Source: Abditibacteriaceae bacterium
Lineage (GTDB): Bacteria > Armatimonadota > Abditibacteriia > Abditibacteriales > Abditibacteriaceae
Length of the DNA: 26,805 bases
Assembly (NCBI GenBank): GCA_031425655.1
Contig: JANPJS010000113.1
Span: 1-26,805 of the forward strand
Direction of reading: 5' to 3'
Position 1 is the stretch's first letter, and the number at the start of each line of letters is the position of its first letter. This document shows positions 15,550 to 25,247 of this stretch, one piece after another. The translations under genes and the position numbers were made by a program. Under the pieces are notes generated by a model. It saw only the letters and a program-made list of their open reading frames with translations, was not told the origin of the DNA and searched no databases.

Positions 15550-15924
15550 ATGAGCGATCAACCGCCCCTTTTCGACGACTTCGCCGCGCCGCCCAAGCAG
15601 CGCGGCGATGCCGACGCTGCAACGGATGACACCATCATCGCGCAGGTTTACGAAATCGCCCGCGCTATCCCGCCGGGCCGCGTTTTGAGCTACGGCGCCG
15701 TTGGAGCGCGCTGCCAACCGCCAATTAGCGGCTACATTTGCGGGCGCATCATGATTCATTCGCACGACGCCGTGCCGTGGTGGCGCGTCGTCGGCAAAGA
15801 CGGCACGCTGCGTATTTCCAAACGCAATCCCCTGCTCGCCGCCGACCAACGCGCGAAATTAGAAGCCGAAGGCGTCGAATTCGACGAAGCAGGGCGGGTA
15901 AAAATGCAAAGTTTTGAGTTATGA
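15550..15924 (+). CDS. Alkyltransferase-like (ATL) protein, MGMT family
   Basis: IPPGRVLSYG, PWWRVV (Trp in place of the PCHRV Cys), Q...LEAEGV.F. Confidence 0.88.
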   Translation: MSDQPPLFDDFAAPPKQRGDADAATDDTIIAQVYEIARAIPPGRVLSYGAVGARCQPPISGYICGRIMIHSHDAVPWWRVVGKDGTLRISKRNPLLAADQRAKLEAEGVEFDEAGRVKMQSFEL

Positions 15925-15983
15925 ATTTTGAGTTTTGAGTTGCGGATTCTGTTAACTCAAAACTCAAAATTCATAACTCAAAA
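15912..15983. repeat. Perfect 30-bp inverted repeat of TTTTGAG-type heptamers between convergent genes
   Basis: TTTTGAGTTATGAATTTTGAGTTTTGAGTT (15912-15941) and its exact reverse complement (15954-15983). Confidence 0.92.
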
Positions 15984-15989
15984 TTCGCA

Positions 15990-18098
15990 TCAATGCGCTT
16001 TTAAAGCCGCAGCGAGCACACCGTAAGCGACCATTAAGGCGCTGAGCCACGCCGCGCAGATGTGCAGCAGACGCGGCGAGAAAACATCAACGCGACGGCG
16101 AAACGTGCCGTAGGCGGCGCCAACGATGCAGCCAAGAAAAAGCCAGGCTCCCGCCGCGAATTCGCGGGCAAGCGGCGCGAAAAGCGGATGCAGAACTTCA
16201 TCGCCGGTCACGAGAATCGTGTTGCCCCACACTGCCGCCGCCACACCGCACAAAAGAGACAGCGCCGTGCCTCCGAATATCAGGCCGCAACTGCGCCGCC
16301 TTTGCGCTTCGGCGGCCACCAAAAAAAATAATATAAGCGTCAACGCGAAGCCGAAAAGCGGCGCGGTGGGCAGCCAGCGCAAGCCGTCGCGTTGTTGCAG
16401 CCAGCCCCAGCCGGCGCCGTGCGTTTGCATCGGCCAAACGCGCAAAAACTGCCCCGCTGCCATGCCCAGCATCGCCCAACTCAGCACCGTCAGAAACGGC
16501 GCCAGAGTTTGCTTTAAGCGCACGCGCGCCGAAAACGGCACGCGTAGCTCGCCCGCCGAGCAATCTATGACCAGTTCGCCCTGCTGCTTGCCCAACGACC
16601 CGCCGCGTCCCTGCCGGGCGTGAAACGCAATCGGCACCACGCTTTCGCCGTCGAAAGCCGCATCGAATTCCAGCGCGGGATGCACGGCGCGCACCAGACC
16701 AAAAAGGTGGCCGCGTCCGGGGTTGGAAAGGCGCAATTTGATCGTGCTGCGCTGGCCCGGCTCCAAAGTGCCGAAGTCGAGATGCGCCGGCTCGACGCGC
16801 AATCGCGGCACTTCGACCACGCTGGTCGTCTGCAAAAAGCCTTCGAGCGCCTGCGCCGGGCGGCTGGCGAACTCGGCGCGCATTTGTCGCGCGCGGGCGC
16901 TCATCTCGAAGTGTCCGGCTCGGTCGAGCCACGCCGCGAGCGTGCCTGCCATCAGCATCTCGCGCGCCTCGGAGGGAAATTGGTCGGCCAACAGCGCGAA
17001 CGATTGCAAATCCAGCGCACGAGCGCCATTGCGAAACTTCAAAGCGTCTTCGCCCGGCGCGGCGGTGGTTTGCGGCTCACCCGTCGGCGTGCCGGCAACC
17101 GGCGACGGTGCGTTCAGCGCATCCAAAGCGGCGACGAAAGAGGTGCCGTCCTGCGGGCGCCGCGACGGATCGAGGTGAATCGCGCGCAAAATCAAGGCAT
17201 CCAGCGCGGGCGGAATTGTGCTGTTGAAATAAGACGGCTTATGGCCGCGCATCAAAGCCAAATCCTGCGGCTCGGTCGGGTCGCGTCCGCATAAAACGGC
17301 ATAAAGCGTCATGCCCAGCGCGTGAATATCGCTGCGCGCGTCGGGCAGGCGGCGTTCGTTGAACGATTCCGGCGCGTAGCCCGGCGTGCCTCCGCCCTGC
17401 GTGTGACGATGAACGCGCGTCGAATAGCCCTCCTGCGTCCCGCTTTCGCCCGCGATGCCGAAATCGAGCAAAACCGCTTGGTCGCCGCGTGTTCGCAAAC
17501 GAATGTTTTCCGGTTTCACGTCCCGATGAATCCAACCGCGCTCATGAATAATGGCCAAAGCGCCCGCGATGTCGCGCGCGATACGCAACGCCCGCGCTAC
17601 GGGCAAGGCGCCGCCCGCAAGACGCGCGGCTTCACTCAAATTCGGGCCGTCCACGTATTCCATCATCAAATAATGGCGCGACGACAACGAAATCAGCGGC
17701 TTTATATGCTGAGGACAGCGATCTTCAAAATCCAGTCCGCACTGAGGGCAGATGTTCCACTGGCCGTGATGCGGCTGATAATGGCCCGAAACGATGTGAG
17801 GATGGCGCAGATGCGATAAATGCGTGGCTTCAAGGCGAAATTGGCGCAGCGCCGGCTCGCGTTCGGGCGTAGTCGTTGCCGCGTCGTCTAAAACGTGAAG
17901 CTCTTTTACTGCCACATGAACATTGAGTTCGCGGTCGCAGCACAGATAAACGGTGCCGAACGCGCCGGCGCCCAACGGTCGCTCGACTTCGTAACGGCCT
18001 TGAATTTTATCCCCGATGCGATGCTGCAAAAAAGCGATCATGGGCAACGTAAGGCAGTGTGGACACTGGCCGTAATCAGCGCAAGTCATGGCTACCAA
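15990..18098 (-). CDS. Hanks-type Ser/Thr protein kinase with Ig-like domain and C-terminal multi-TM region; start uncertain
   Basis: GAGAFG, VAVKE, HRDVKPEN, DFG, GTPGYAPE, SDIHALG. PRLRVEPAHLDFG..LSNPGRGHL.G Ig-like segment. About 5 hydrophobic helices at the C-terminus. Confidence 0.88.
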   Translation of the reverse strand: MVAMTCADYGQCPHCLTLPMIAFLQHRIGDKIQGRYEVERPLGAGAFGTVYLCCDRELNVHVAVKELHVLDDAATTTPEREPALRQFRLEATHLSHLRHPHIVSGHYQPHHGQWNICPQCGLDFEDRCPQHIKPLISLSSRHYLMMEYVDGPNLSEAARLAGGALPVARALRIARDIAGALAIIHERGWIHRDVKPENIRLRTRGDQAVLLDFGIAGESGTQEGYSTRVHRHTQGGGTPGYAPESFNERRLPDARSDIHALGMTLYAVLCGRDPTEPQDLALMRGHKPSYFNSTIPPALDALILRAIHLDPSRRPQDGTSFVAALDALNAPSPVAGTPTGEPQTTAAPGEDALKFRNGARALDLQSFALLADQFPSEAREMLMAGTLAAWLDRAGHFEMSARARQMRAEFASRPAQALEGFLQTTSVVEVPRLRVEPAHLDFGTLEPGQRSTIKLRLSNPGRGHLFGLVRAVHPALEFDAAFDGESVVPIAFHARQGRGGSLGKQQGELVIDCSAGELRVPFSARVRLKQTLAPFLTVLSWAMLGMAAGQFLRVWPMQTHGAGWGWLQQRDGLRWLPTAPLFGFALTLILFFLVAAEAQRRRSCGLIFGGTALSLLCGVAAAVWGNTILVTGDEVLHPLFAPLAREFAAGAWLFLGCIVGAAYGTFRRRVDVFSPRLLHICAAWLSALMVAYGVLAAALKAH

Positions 18099-18116
18099 AT
18101 TCCGCCACGCCGCAAT

Positions 18117-18156
18117 GAGAAAGCGGACGGGGCCACTTGGCCGCGCCCGCTTTCTC
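18117..18156. terminator. Stem-loop between gmd and kinase genes
   Basis: GAGAAAGCGG...GGCCA / TGGCC...CCGCTTTCTC. Confidence 0.45.
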
Positions 18157-18192
18157 TTTAAAACCGTAATGACCGTCTTCGCTCAAATCGCC

Positions 18193-19224
18193 TTACGACT
18201 TGTAGGGGAAGTCTTTTTCGCGCTGCGCGAGTTCGAGATCATGCTCAACCATTTCGCGCACCAAATCGGCAAAGCTGGTGCGCGGCTGCCATTTCAAATG
18301 CTCTTTGGTGTGGGCGATGTCTCCCAGCAGATAATCCACTTCCGCCGGACGGAAAAAGCGCGGATCAACCACCACGAAGTCGTTGTAATCCAGTTGCACA
18401 GACGAAAAAGCGATGTCGGCAAACTCGCGGACGCTGTGCGCTTCGCCGGTCGCCACGACGTAATCGCCCGGCGTTTCTTGTTGCAGCATCAGCCACATCG
18501 CTTCGACGTAATCGCGCGCATGGCCCCAGTCGCGCAAAGCATCCAAGTTGCCCAAATGCAGCTTATCTTGCAAACCCATTTTGATGCGCCCGACGGCGCG
18601 CGTGATTTTGCGCGTCACGAAAGTTTCGCCGCGACGCGGGCCTTCGTGGTTGAACAATAGGCCGTTGCAATTGAACATTCCATACGACTCGCGGTGATTG
18701 ACCGTGTGCCAGAACGCCTGCGTTTTGGCGACGGCGTAAGGGCTGCGCGGATGAAACGGCGTGTTGATGGATTGCGGCGGCTTGGCGGCGCCGAACATTT
18801 CGCTGCTGCTGGCCTGATAAAAACGAATCTTTTCGCCGGTGCGGTCGCTCAGTCCGCGAATCGCTTCCAGCAAGCGCAAAACGCCCAAACCCGTCACATC
18901 GGCGGTGTATTCGGGCTGCTCGAACGACACCTGAACGTGCGACTGCGCCCCCAGATTGTAAACCTCGTGAGGCTGAACCGTTTCGACAATGCGGCGCAAT
19001 CCCGAAGCATCGGCCAAATCGCCGTGATGCAAAACCGGGCGCGATGCTTCGTCGAGCCGCGCGTCGAGCAAATGGTCAATGCGCTGTGTCGCGGTCGTTG
19101 TCGAAGAACGGCGCACCATGCCATGCACTTCATAATTCTTTTCCAACAGCAATTCGGCAAGATAACTTCCGTCTTGCCCTGTAATTCCCGTAATTAACGC
19201 CCGTTTTTTCAAAATTGCCTCCAC
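18193..19224 (-). CDS. gmd: GDP-mannose 4,6-dehydratase
   Basis: [91 protein letters not shown] start just after the upstream stop (TTG 19212 is an alternative). Confidence 0.93.
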   Translation of the reverse strand: MEAILKKRALITGITGQDGSYLAELLLEKNYEVHGMVRRSSTTTATQRIDHLLDARLDEASRPVLHHGDLADASGLRRIVETVQPHEVYNLGAQSHVQVSFEQPEYTADVTGLGVLRLLEAIRGLSDRTGEKIRFYQASSSEMFGAAKPPQSINTPFHPRSPYAVAKTQAFWHTVNHRESYGMFNCNGLLFNHEGPRRGETFVTRKITRAVGRIKMGLQDKLHLGNLDALRDWGHARDYVEAMWLMLQQETPGDYVVATGEAHSVREFADIAFSSVQLDYNDFVVVDPRFFRPAEVDYLLGDIAHTKEHLKWQPRTSFADLVREMVEHDLELAQREKDFPYKS

Positions 19225-19226
19225 TT

Positions 19227-20189
19227 TTAAATTTCGCCCGCTGCCACGCGGCGTAAATCGGCCTCGACCATCATCGCAAGCAACGCCTCGAATTGCACCT
19301 GCGCCCGCCAATCCAACTGCGATGTGGCTTTGCTCACGTCGGCGGAAACGGTTCCCGCGTCCGTAGGCCGCACGAAAGCTGGATCAACCGTGACGAATTC
19401 GCGGCTGTCGAGACCGGCACTTGTGAAAGCGCAATCTACCCAATCGCGCAAACGCCGCACTTTGCCGGTTGCGATGATGTAATCGGCGGGCTGCGCTTGC
19501 TGCAACATCAGCCACATCGCTTGAACGTAATCGCCGGCAAAGCCCCAATCGCGCTCGACTTCCAAGTTGCCCAATCGCAATTCGCGCTGTTGCCCGTGCT
19601 TGATTTTGGCGACGGCCAGAGTGATTTTGCGCGTCACGAAATGCGCGGCGCGCAATGGCGATTCGTGGTTGAACAAAATGCCGTTGCCGGCGTGCAGGCC
19701 AAAAGCCTCGCGGTAAACCGTCGTCATGCTGTGCGCGTAGGCTTTGGCGCAGCCGTAAGGATTGCACGGACGCAGCGCCGATTCTTCGCTCAAAACGCCG
19801 GATTGTGCGCCGAAAATCTCCGCTGAAGAAGCTTGGAAAAATCGGGCGTCCGGCTTGACTTCGCGCAATGCTTGCAGCAACCGCGCCACGAACAAGCCGT
19901 TAACCTGCCCCGTTTCAACCGGAACTTTAAACGATGCGGCGACCGAACTTTGCGCCGCCAAATTGTAAACCTCATCGGGCGCGGCGAGGCCGAGAATTTC
20001 TTCGACACTGCCGCCAACGAAATCGAAAGGCAACAATTGCACGCTTTCGGCGCCGATGGAGTGCAAATTGGCCGCGTCACAGTCACCGGCGCGATGCACG
20101 CCGAAAACACGATAGTTTTTATCGAGCAAAAGCCGGGCTAAATAAGCTCCGTCCTGCCCGGTGATGCCGAAAATAAGCGCGGTTGGCAT
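19227..20189 (-). CDS. Second, more divergent GDP-mannose 4,6-dehydratase-family SDR
   Basis: [56 protein letters not shown]...RDWG. Confidence 0.88.
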   Translation of the reverse strand: MPTALIFGITGQDGAYLARLLLDKNYRVFGVHRAGDCDAANLHSIGAESVQLLPFDFVGGSVEEILGLAAPDEVYNLAAQSSVAASFKVPVETGQVNGLFVARLLQALREVKPDARFFQASSAEIFGAQSGVLSEESALRPCNPYGCAKAYAHSMTTVYREAFGLHAGNGILFNHESPLRAAHFVTRKITLAVAKIKHGQQRELRLGNLEVERDWGFAGDYVQAMWLMLQQAQPADYIIATGKVRRLRDWVDCAFTSAGLDSREFVTVDPAFVRPTDAGTVSADVSKATSQLDWRAQVQFEALLAMMVEADLRRVAAGEI

Positions 20190-20292
20190 AGAAAATCAGT
20201 TGCGGCTCGTGCCGGAGCCTGCCAAAAGGAAACACGAAAAACCGGCTTTCGTCAACGAAAATTTCAACGTGTCCGAAGCCGCTTTTGCTGCG

Positions 20293-20328
20293 AAAAAAGG
20301 CGCGCCTGAGTTTTCAGGCGCGCCTTTT
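20293..20328 (-). terminator. Intrinsic terminator of lemA (bidirectional-capable)
   Basis: AAAAGGCGCGCCTGA / TCAGGCGCGCCTTTT perfect stem with T6 on the minus strand, 15 nt after the stop. Confidence 0.85.
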
Positions 20329-20343
20329 CAATTCAGCAGGATT

Positions 20344-20904
20344 TTAAAACTTCACCGCGACCGGGCCACGCGCGGCGGGTTCTTCGATTTCAAAGTATTC
20401 GGCGCTTTTGAAGCCACCCATGCCTGCGATAATGCTGGACGGAAACATTTCGACAGCCGTATTCAATTCGCGCACGTTGGCGTTGTAAAAGCGCCGCGCC
20501 TGCGAAATGCGCGTTTCGGTTTCGCCAAGCTCGACTTGCAATTGATTGAAATTCGAGTTCGCCTTCAAATCGGGATAGCTTTCAGTCAAGGCGAAAAGCT
20601 GGCGCAGCGTGCCGCTGAGAGCGTCTTCGGTTTGCGCCTGCTGGGCCGGCGTGCCCTGATTGGTGGACGCAGCATTGCGCGCCGCAATCACGGCTTCGAG
20701 CGTGCCGCGCTCGTGCGTGGCGTAGCCTTTGACGGTTTCCACAAGGTTGGGAATCAAGTCGTAGCGACGGCGCAATTCGGTATCAATGGCCGACCAGCTT
20801 TCCTTCACGTTCTGGCGCAGACGCACCAGCTTGTTATACATCCCGATGAAAACGAACGCCAGCAAAACGCCGACAACGACAATAATGAGAAATGTTGGAC
20901 TCAC
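20344..20904 (-). CDS. lemA: LemA family protein
   Basis: N-terminal TM, YNKLV.LR..V..SWS.ID..L.RRYDLIPNLVETVKGYA.HE, ESYPDLKAN.NF, ARRFYN..V. GTG 20904 with GGAGG SD and TGaTACAAT at 20924-20932. Confidence 0.95.
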   Translation of the reverse strand: MSPTFLIIVVVGVLLAFVFIGMYNKLVRLRQNVKESWSAIDTELRRRYDLIPNLVETVKGYATHERGTLEAVIAARNAASTNQGTPAQQAQTEDALSGTLRQLFALTESYPDLKANSNFNQLQVELGETETRISQARRFYNANVRELNTAVEMFPSSIIAGMGGFKSAEYFEIEEPAARGPVAVKF

Positions 20905-20968
20905 AATTAAGCCTCCGACCTCCATTGTATCACAAGAAGCGCGCCGTTCTTCGGGCTATAATAACCGC

Positions 20969-22693
20969 GTGAACATCACGATTCGTCGTTTTTTCCCATT
21001 AATTTTGCTGCTGTGTCTTGCGCCGGCCCGCGCCGAAGTCATTCGCTCGTTCGACACGGCCATTCGCCTCAACCGCGACACCTCGTTAGACGTGCAGGAA
21101 ACGATTTCTTACGATTTTGAAGGGGCGCAGCGCCACGGCATCAAACGCATTATTCCGATTCGCTACGACCGCAACGGCGGCACTTACACGGTTTATCTCG
21201 ATTTACAAAGCGTAACCGACGAAAAAGGCATCGCGCAGCCCTATTCGACCTCGAAGCAAGGCCGCGATCTCAACATCAAAATCGGCGATGCCGACACGCT
21301 GATTAGCGGCTTGCACACTTACGTTTTGCGCTATCATTTGCGCCGCGCCGTGAACTTTTATGAAGACGCGCCGGAGGTTTACTGGAATGCCACCGGCAAC
21401 GAATGGCCTTGCCCGATACAGCAAGCATCGGCGCGCTTTTTCCCGCCGCCGGGCGTGACTGCGGAGCAAATCCGCACCAAATGCTTTATCGGCCCGCCCG
21501 GCTCGCAGGCGCCGGGGCAGGTTCAAGTGCAGGCCGACAACGTCACTTTTTACACCGGCTCACTTCCGCCGGGTTCGGGCCTGACTTTCGTGGCCGGACT
21601 GCCGAAAAACAGCGTGGTGCCACCTTCATCGCTGCAAAACCTCGTGTGGATTTTGGCCGACTGGTGGCCGGCGTTTCTGATTCCGCTTTTGGCCCTGACT
21701 TCGATTTTAGCGATGTGGAGCGCGACGGGCCGCGACGTGGACGGCAATCAGGCCGTCGCCGTCGAATGGAATCCGCCCAAGGAGCTTTCGCCCGCCGAAG
21801 TCGGCACCCTTGTGGACGAACGCTGCGACATGGCCGATATGGTTTCCACGCTGATTGACCTTGCGGCGCGCGGTTATTTGGTCATCGAAGAAATGGAAAC
21901 CGAAAAATTCCTCTTTCTTTCGAGTCGCGATTATCGCTTCATCAAGCAGCCGCGCGAATACGACCCAACCGGCGACGGACTGGCGCCGCACGAGCGCGAA
22001 TTCATGCGCGGCCTGTTTTCGGGCCGCGAGCAAGTCACGCTTTCAAGCCTCAAAAACAACTTTTACACGCATTTGCCGGGCATTCAGAACGCGATTTACG
22101 CATCTTTAGTCGCCAAAAGACTGTTCAACCAGAACCCGGATTCGGTGCGCTCTTCTTACGTGGGAATCGGCTTCGTGTTGATCGTTTTCGGCATCATTGC
22201 GGGCGTCATCGGCGCTAACTCAGGCAATCTGGCGTGGGGCATCGGTCTGGCGCTTTCGGGCCTGATCGTGCTGCTTTCGGCCCGCGCCATGCCCGCAAAA
22301 ACCGCCAAAGGCTCCCGATTGCACCGCGAATCGCTCGGTTTCGCGCGCTTTATCAAACTGGCCGAAAAAGACCGCATTCGCGTTTTGGCGCAGGACGACC
22401 CGACGATTTTCGGACGCCTTTTGCCTTACGCGATGGTTTTGGGCGTGGCCGACGATTGGGCCGACAAATTCGCCGGTTTGCTGACTGAACCGCCCGACTG
22501 GTATTCGAGCCGCACGCCGTATTCCACTTTCAACCCGCATTTCTTTGTGCGCGATTTAGGCAGCGGCATGAACACGATGGGCAACACCTTTTCCTCGCAG
22601 CCGCAATCTACCGGCGGCAGTGGCGGCAGCGGTTTTTCGGGCGGCGGCGGCAGCGGCGGTGGTTTCGGCGGCGGCGGCGGCAGCTCTTGGTAA
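20969..22693 (+). CDS. DUF2207 family membrane protein
   Basis: Signal peptide, E.IRSFD..I.L..D..L.V.ETI.YDF....RHGI.R, YWNATG..W, PP..LSPAE.G.L.D, LIDLAARGYL.I, LLPYAMVLGV, C-terminal GGGFGGGGGSSW. Confidence 0.9.
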   Translation: MNITIRRFFPLILLLCLAPARAEVIRSFDTAIRLNRDTSLDVQETISYDFEGAQRHGIKRIIPIRYDRNGGTYTVYLDLQSVTDEKGIAQPYSTSKQGRDLNIKIGDADTLISGLHTYVLRYHLRRAVNFYEDAPEVYWNATGNEWPCPIQQASARFFPPPGVTAEQIRTKCFIGPPGSQAPGQVQVQADNVTFYTGSLPPGSGLTFVAGLPKNSVVPPSSLQNLVWILADWWPAFLIPLLALTSILAMWSATGRDVDGNQAVAVEWNPPKELSPAEVGTLVDERCDMADMVSTLIDLAARGYLVIEEMETEKFLFLSSRDYRFIKQPREYDPTGDGLAPHEREFMRGLFSGREQVTLSSLKNNFYTHLPGIQNAIYASLVAKRLFNQNPDSVRSSYVGIGFVLIVFGIIAGVIGANSGNLAWGIGLALSGLIVLLSARAMPAKTAKGSRLHRESLGFARFIKLAEKDRIRVLAQDDPTIFGRLLPYAMVLGVADDWADKFAGLLTEPPDWYSSRTPYSTFNPHFFVRDLGSGMNTMGNTFSSQPQSTGGSGGSGFSGGGGSGGGFGGGGGSSW

Positions 22694-22699
22694 ATTAAC

Positions 22700-22790
22700 A
22701 GTTTTGAGTTTTGAGTTTTGAATTTTGAGTTAAATTTGCTCAATTCAAAACTCAAAACTCCGGGTGCCCTTTGGGCGGATTCAAAACTCA
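22700..22790. repeat. TTTTGAG-heptamer inverted repeat (same family as 15912-15983), interrupted by a 15-nt insertion
   Basis: Left arm (TTTTGA[G/A])x4 at 22700-22731. Right arm AATTCAAAACTCAAAACTC-[CGGGTGCCCTTTGGGCGG]-ATTCAAAACTCA. Confidence 0.85.
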
Positions 22791-22791
22791 T

Positions 22792-23679
22792 ATGCTTAAT
22801 CCCAATAATTTTTGGCCGCCGCGCAACTTCGGCGCGGTAGATCACGAACTGGCCGGCTTTGAAACGGCGCGCTTCGTCGTGATTCCCGTGCCTTACGATT
22901 CGACGACGACGTGGCGCGGCGGCACGCGCGAAGGCCCGCTCGCCATCATTGACGCTTCGATGAACATGGAGCTGTTCGACCGCGAATTGGGCCGCGAAAT
23001 CTGCGAAGTGGGAATTCACACGACGGACGATGTGGAGCCGGTGATGTCCGGGCCGGAGAAAATGGCCGTGCGCGTCACCGAAGTCATCGGAGAAGTCATG
23101 TTTTCCGGCAAAATCCCGGTTATGCTCGGCGGCGAGCATTCGCTGACTTTCGGCGCCGTCTGCGCGGCTTTGAAACTCGATCTCCCCGGAAAATTATCGG
23201 TTTTGCAATTGGACGCGCACACCGATTTGCGCGACAGCTACGGCGGCACCAAGTTCGGCCACGGCTGCGTGGCGCGCCGCATGAGCGAACTGCCCGGAGT
23301 CGAAATCGTGCAAGTTGGGCTGCGTTCGACTTCACAGGATGAATTCAACAGCGTGCCACCGAATGTGAAGCAATTCTGGGCCGAAGATGTGCTGGGCGAC
23401 TTTTCCGGGGCGCTTCAGCAGATTCTCGATAGCCTGGGCGACGATGTTTACATCACTTTCGACGTAGATTCCTGCGACCCGTCGTGGATGCCCGATACGG
23501 GCACGCCCGAACCCGGCGGGCTGAGCTTTTATCAAGTGCGCGACATTTTGCGCGCCGTGTGCCACGCCAAGCGCGTGCGCGGCGTGGATTGCGTGGAGCT
23601 TATTGGCGGCCATCCGGCCAGCGCTTTTGCGGTCGCGCGCCTGCTTTATAAAACGATGGGCTATTTAAGCGAACGGTAA
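22792..23679 (+). CDS. speB: Agmatinase (ureohydrolase family)
   Basis: PVPYDSTTTWRGGTREGP, LGGEHS, LDAHTDLRD, GHGC, ITFDVD..DP..MP.TGTPEPGG, D.VEL. Confidence 0.9.
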   Translation: MLNPNNFWPPRNFGAVDHELAGFETARFVVIPVPYDSTTTWRGGTREGPLAIIDASMNMELFDRELGREICEVGIHTTDDVEPVMSGPEKMAVRVTEVIGEVMFSGKIPVMLGGEHSLTFGAVCAALKLDLPGKLSVLQLDAHTDLRDSYGGTKFGHGCVARRMSELPGVEIVQVGLRSTSQDEFNSVPPNVKQFWAEDVLGDFSGALQQILDSLGDDVYITFDVDSCDPSWMPDTGTPEPGGLSFYQVRDILRAVCHAKRVRGVDCVELIGGHPASAFAVARLLYKTMGYLSER

Positions 23680-23702
23680 ACTCAAGTCAAAGGAGAACGC
23701 AC

Positions 23703-24302
23703 ATGGCTACGACATTATCCCCCGAAATTCTCAAATATTTGCCCGCGCAGCGCGGCTGGACGCGCGCCGAATTTGAGCGCATAGCCGAACTCGGCCTGTT
23801 CGCCGACGAGAAGCTGGAGTTAATCGAAGGAGTGATCGTCGAGAAAATGACGCAAAACGAACCACACGCTCTGATCATTTATCACGCCCCACGCGTTTTG
23901 GAGAAAGGTTTCGATGAAGCCCGTTACATGGTGCGCGTGCAATTGCCGATTGCTCTGGGCGAAAGTTTGCCGGAGCCGGACATTGCAGTCATCGCGGGCA
24001 ACTGGCGACAACTACGTGGAGTTCGTCCGACAAGTGCAATTTTAATCATTGAGGTTTCCGACAGCACGCTCGATACCGACCGCACCATCAAAGCCTCGCT
24101 CTATGCGCGGGCCGGCATCGCCGATTACTGGATCATCAATTTGCCGGAGCGCGTTGTCGAAATTCACCGCGAACCGGCGGAAATGGCTGACAAGCCGCTC
24201 GGCTTCGGCTATCGCAGCGCGCAAGTTTTCAACGACACGCAAAGCGTCGCGCCGCTGGCCGCGTCCGAATTTTCTATCGCCGTCGCCGATTTGCTGCCCT
24301 GA
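23703..24302 (+). CDS. Uma2 family PD-(D/E)xK endonuclease-like protein
   Basis: WT.AEF.R.AE.G.F....LELIEG.I, PEPDIAV, LIIEVSDSTL..DR..K..LYARAGI.DYWIINL. SD AAAGGAG. Confidence 0.9.
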   Translation: MATTLSPEILKYLPAQRGWTRAEFERIAELGLFADEKLELIEGVIVEKMTQNEPHALIIYHAPRVLEKGFDEARYMVRVQLPIALGESLPEPDIAVIAGNWRQLRGVRPTSAILIIEVSDSTLDTDRTIKASLYARAGIADYWIINLPERVVEIHREPAEMADKPLGFGYRSAQVFNDTQSVAPLAASEFSIAVADLLP

Positions 24303-24492
24303 TGAAGGATCACACCGTTTTCTGGGACAATGCGCGGTTCATGGAATAGCTGTTTAACGCCGCCACGAACCGCTTTCAATTCAATTGCAAGCGCCGTTTC
24401 CCGCATTTTGAAAGATTAAAGTCCTCGTGATGTTTAGGCGCAGCACTACATAACGATGCAACGCGCCACAGGGCTAATTGCAAAGAAAAATC

Positions 24493-25194
24493 ATGGCCGT
24501 TCCCATATTGGTGCCCACAAGCGTGCGCGATGAAACTTTCGGCGGCGTGCGCTACCACATCGAAGGCGAATTAGTGCCCGTTCTGCAAGTGGAACTGGCG
24601 CAGATGCCGATTTATTTCGAGCACCATATTCTGCTGTGGAAAGACCCAACCGTGGAAATCGGCCAGAAGACTCTGGGCAGCTCTTTCAAGCGAATGCTGG
24701 CTGGAATGCCGGTTTTTATGACCGAAACGCGCGGCACGGGCCGCATCGGTCTCAGCCGTGACGGCGCCGGGCAGGTTTTGCCGATTCACCTGCATCCCGG
24801 CCAGACCATTGATGTGCGCGAGCATCAATTCTTAGCGGCCACCGACGCCGTGGATTACACCGTTACCGGCACGAAAGGCGCGGCGAAGGTTCTCGTTGGC
24901 GGGACGGGATTTTTCATTGACACCTTCTCGTGTCCCCGGCAGGAAGGCGTTGTCTGGCTGCACGGCTTCGGCAACGTCTTCGAGGCCACTTTGCAGCCCG
25001 GCGAGCAGATAGACATCGAGCCGGGCGGCTGGCTTTACAAAGATCGTTCCGTGCAAATGGAGAGGATTTCCCAGCCTATTGACTCCAGCTTTTTCGCCAG
25101 TGCCGGCAACCTGTTCTGGCATCGTTTTACAGGGCCGGGGCGCGTCGGCTTGCAATCCATGGTTTATCCTCCGCAGGTAGCCGGCAATTCTTAA
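24493..25194 (+). CDS. AIM24 family (DUF124) protein
   Basis: Y.IEGELVPVL, VREHQFLAA, GTGFFIDTF...EG.VWLHG.GNVFE..L.PGE.ID.EPG, FTGPGRVGLQSM. Confidence 0.85.
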   Translation: MAVPILVPTSVRDETFGGVRYHIEGELVPVLQVELAQMPIYFEHHILLWKDPTVEIGQKTLGSSFKRMLAGMPVFMTETRGTGRIGLSRDGAGQVLPIHLHPGQTIDVREHQFLAATDAVDYTVTGTKGAAKVLVGGTGFFIDTFSCPRQEGVVWLHGFGNVFEATLQPGEQIDIEPGGWLYKDRSVQMERISQPIDSSFFASAGNLFWHRFTGPGRVGLQSMVYPPQVAGNS

Positions 25195-25201
25195 TTTTCA
25201 G

Positions 25202-25232
25202 CGCGGCGCCGATTCAATCGGCGCCGCGTTTT
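25202..25232 (+). terminator. Intrinsic terminator after AIM24 gene
   Basis: CGCGGCGCCGATT / AATCGGCGCCGCG followed by TTTT. Confidence 0.75.
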
Positions 25233-25247
25233 GGTTTAATATCTGGC

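Noticed and set aside
20786..20968. Long N-terminal extension of the DUF2207 ORF; likewise extensions of gmd (to 19311), binding protein (to 13665), permease (to 12510) and speB (from 22771)
   Set aside because: These extensions overlap neighbouring genes, promoters or hairpins; downstream starts fit signal peptides, SD or -10 positions better.
15912..22790. CRISPR array suggested by GTTTTGAG-starting repeats
   Set aside because: The units are contiguous heptamers in inverted orientation, with no unique spacers and no cas genes.
23703..24302. Uma2 protein as the mobiliser of the palindromes or the 15-mer
   Set aside because: It is not flanked by any of the repeats, and Uma2 genes are common multi-copy genes, so nothing here links it.
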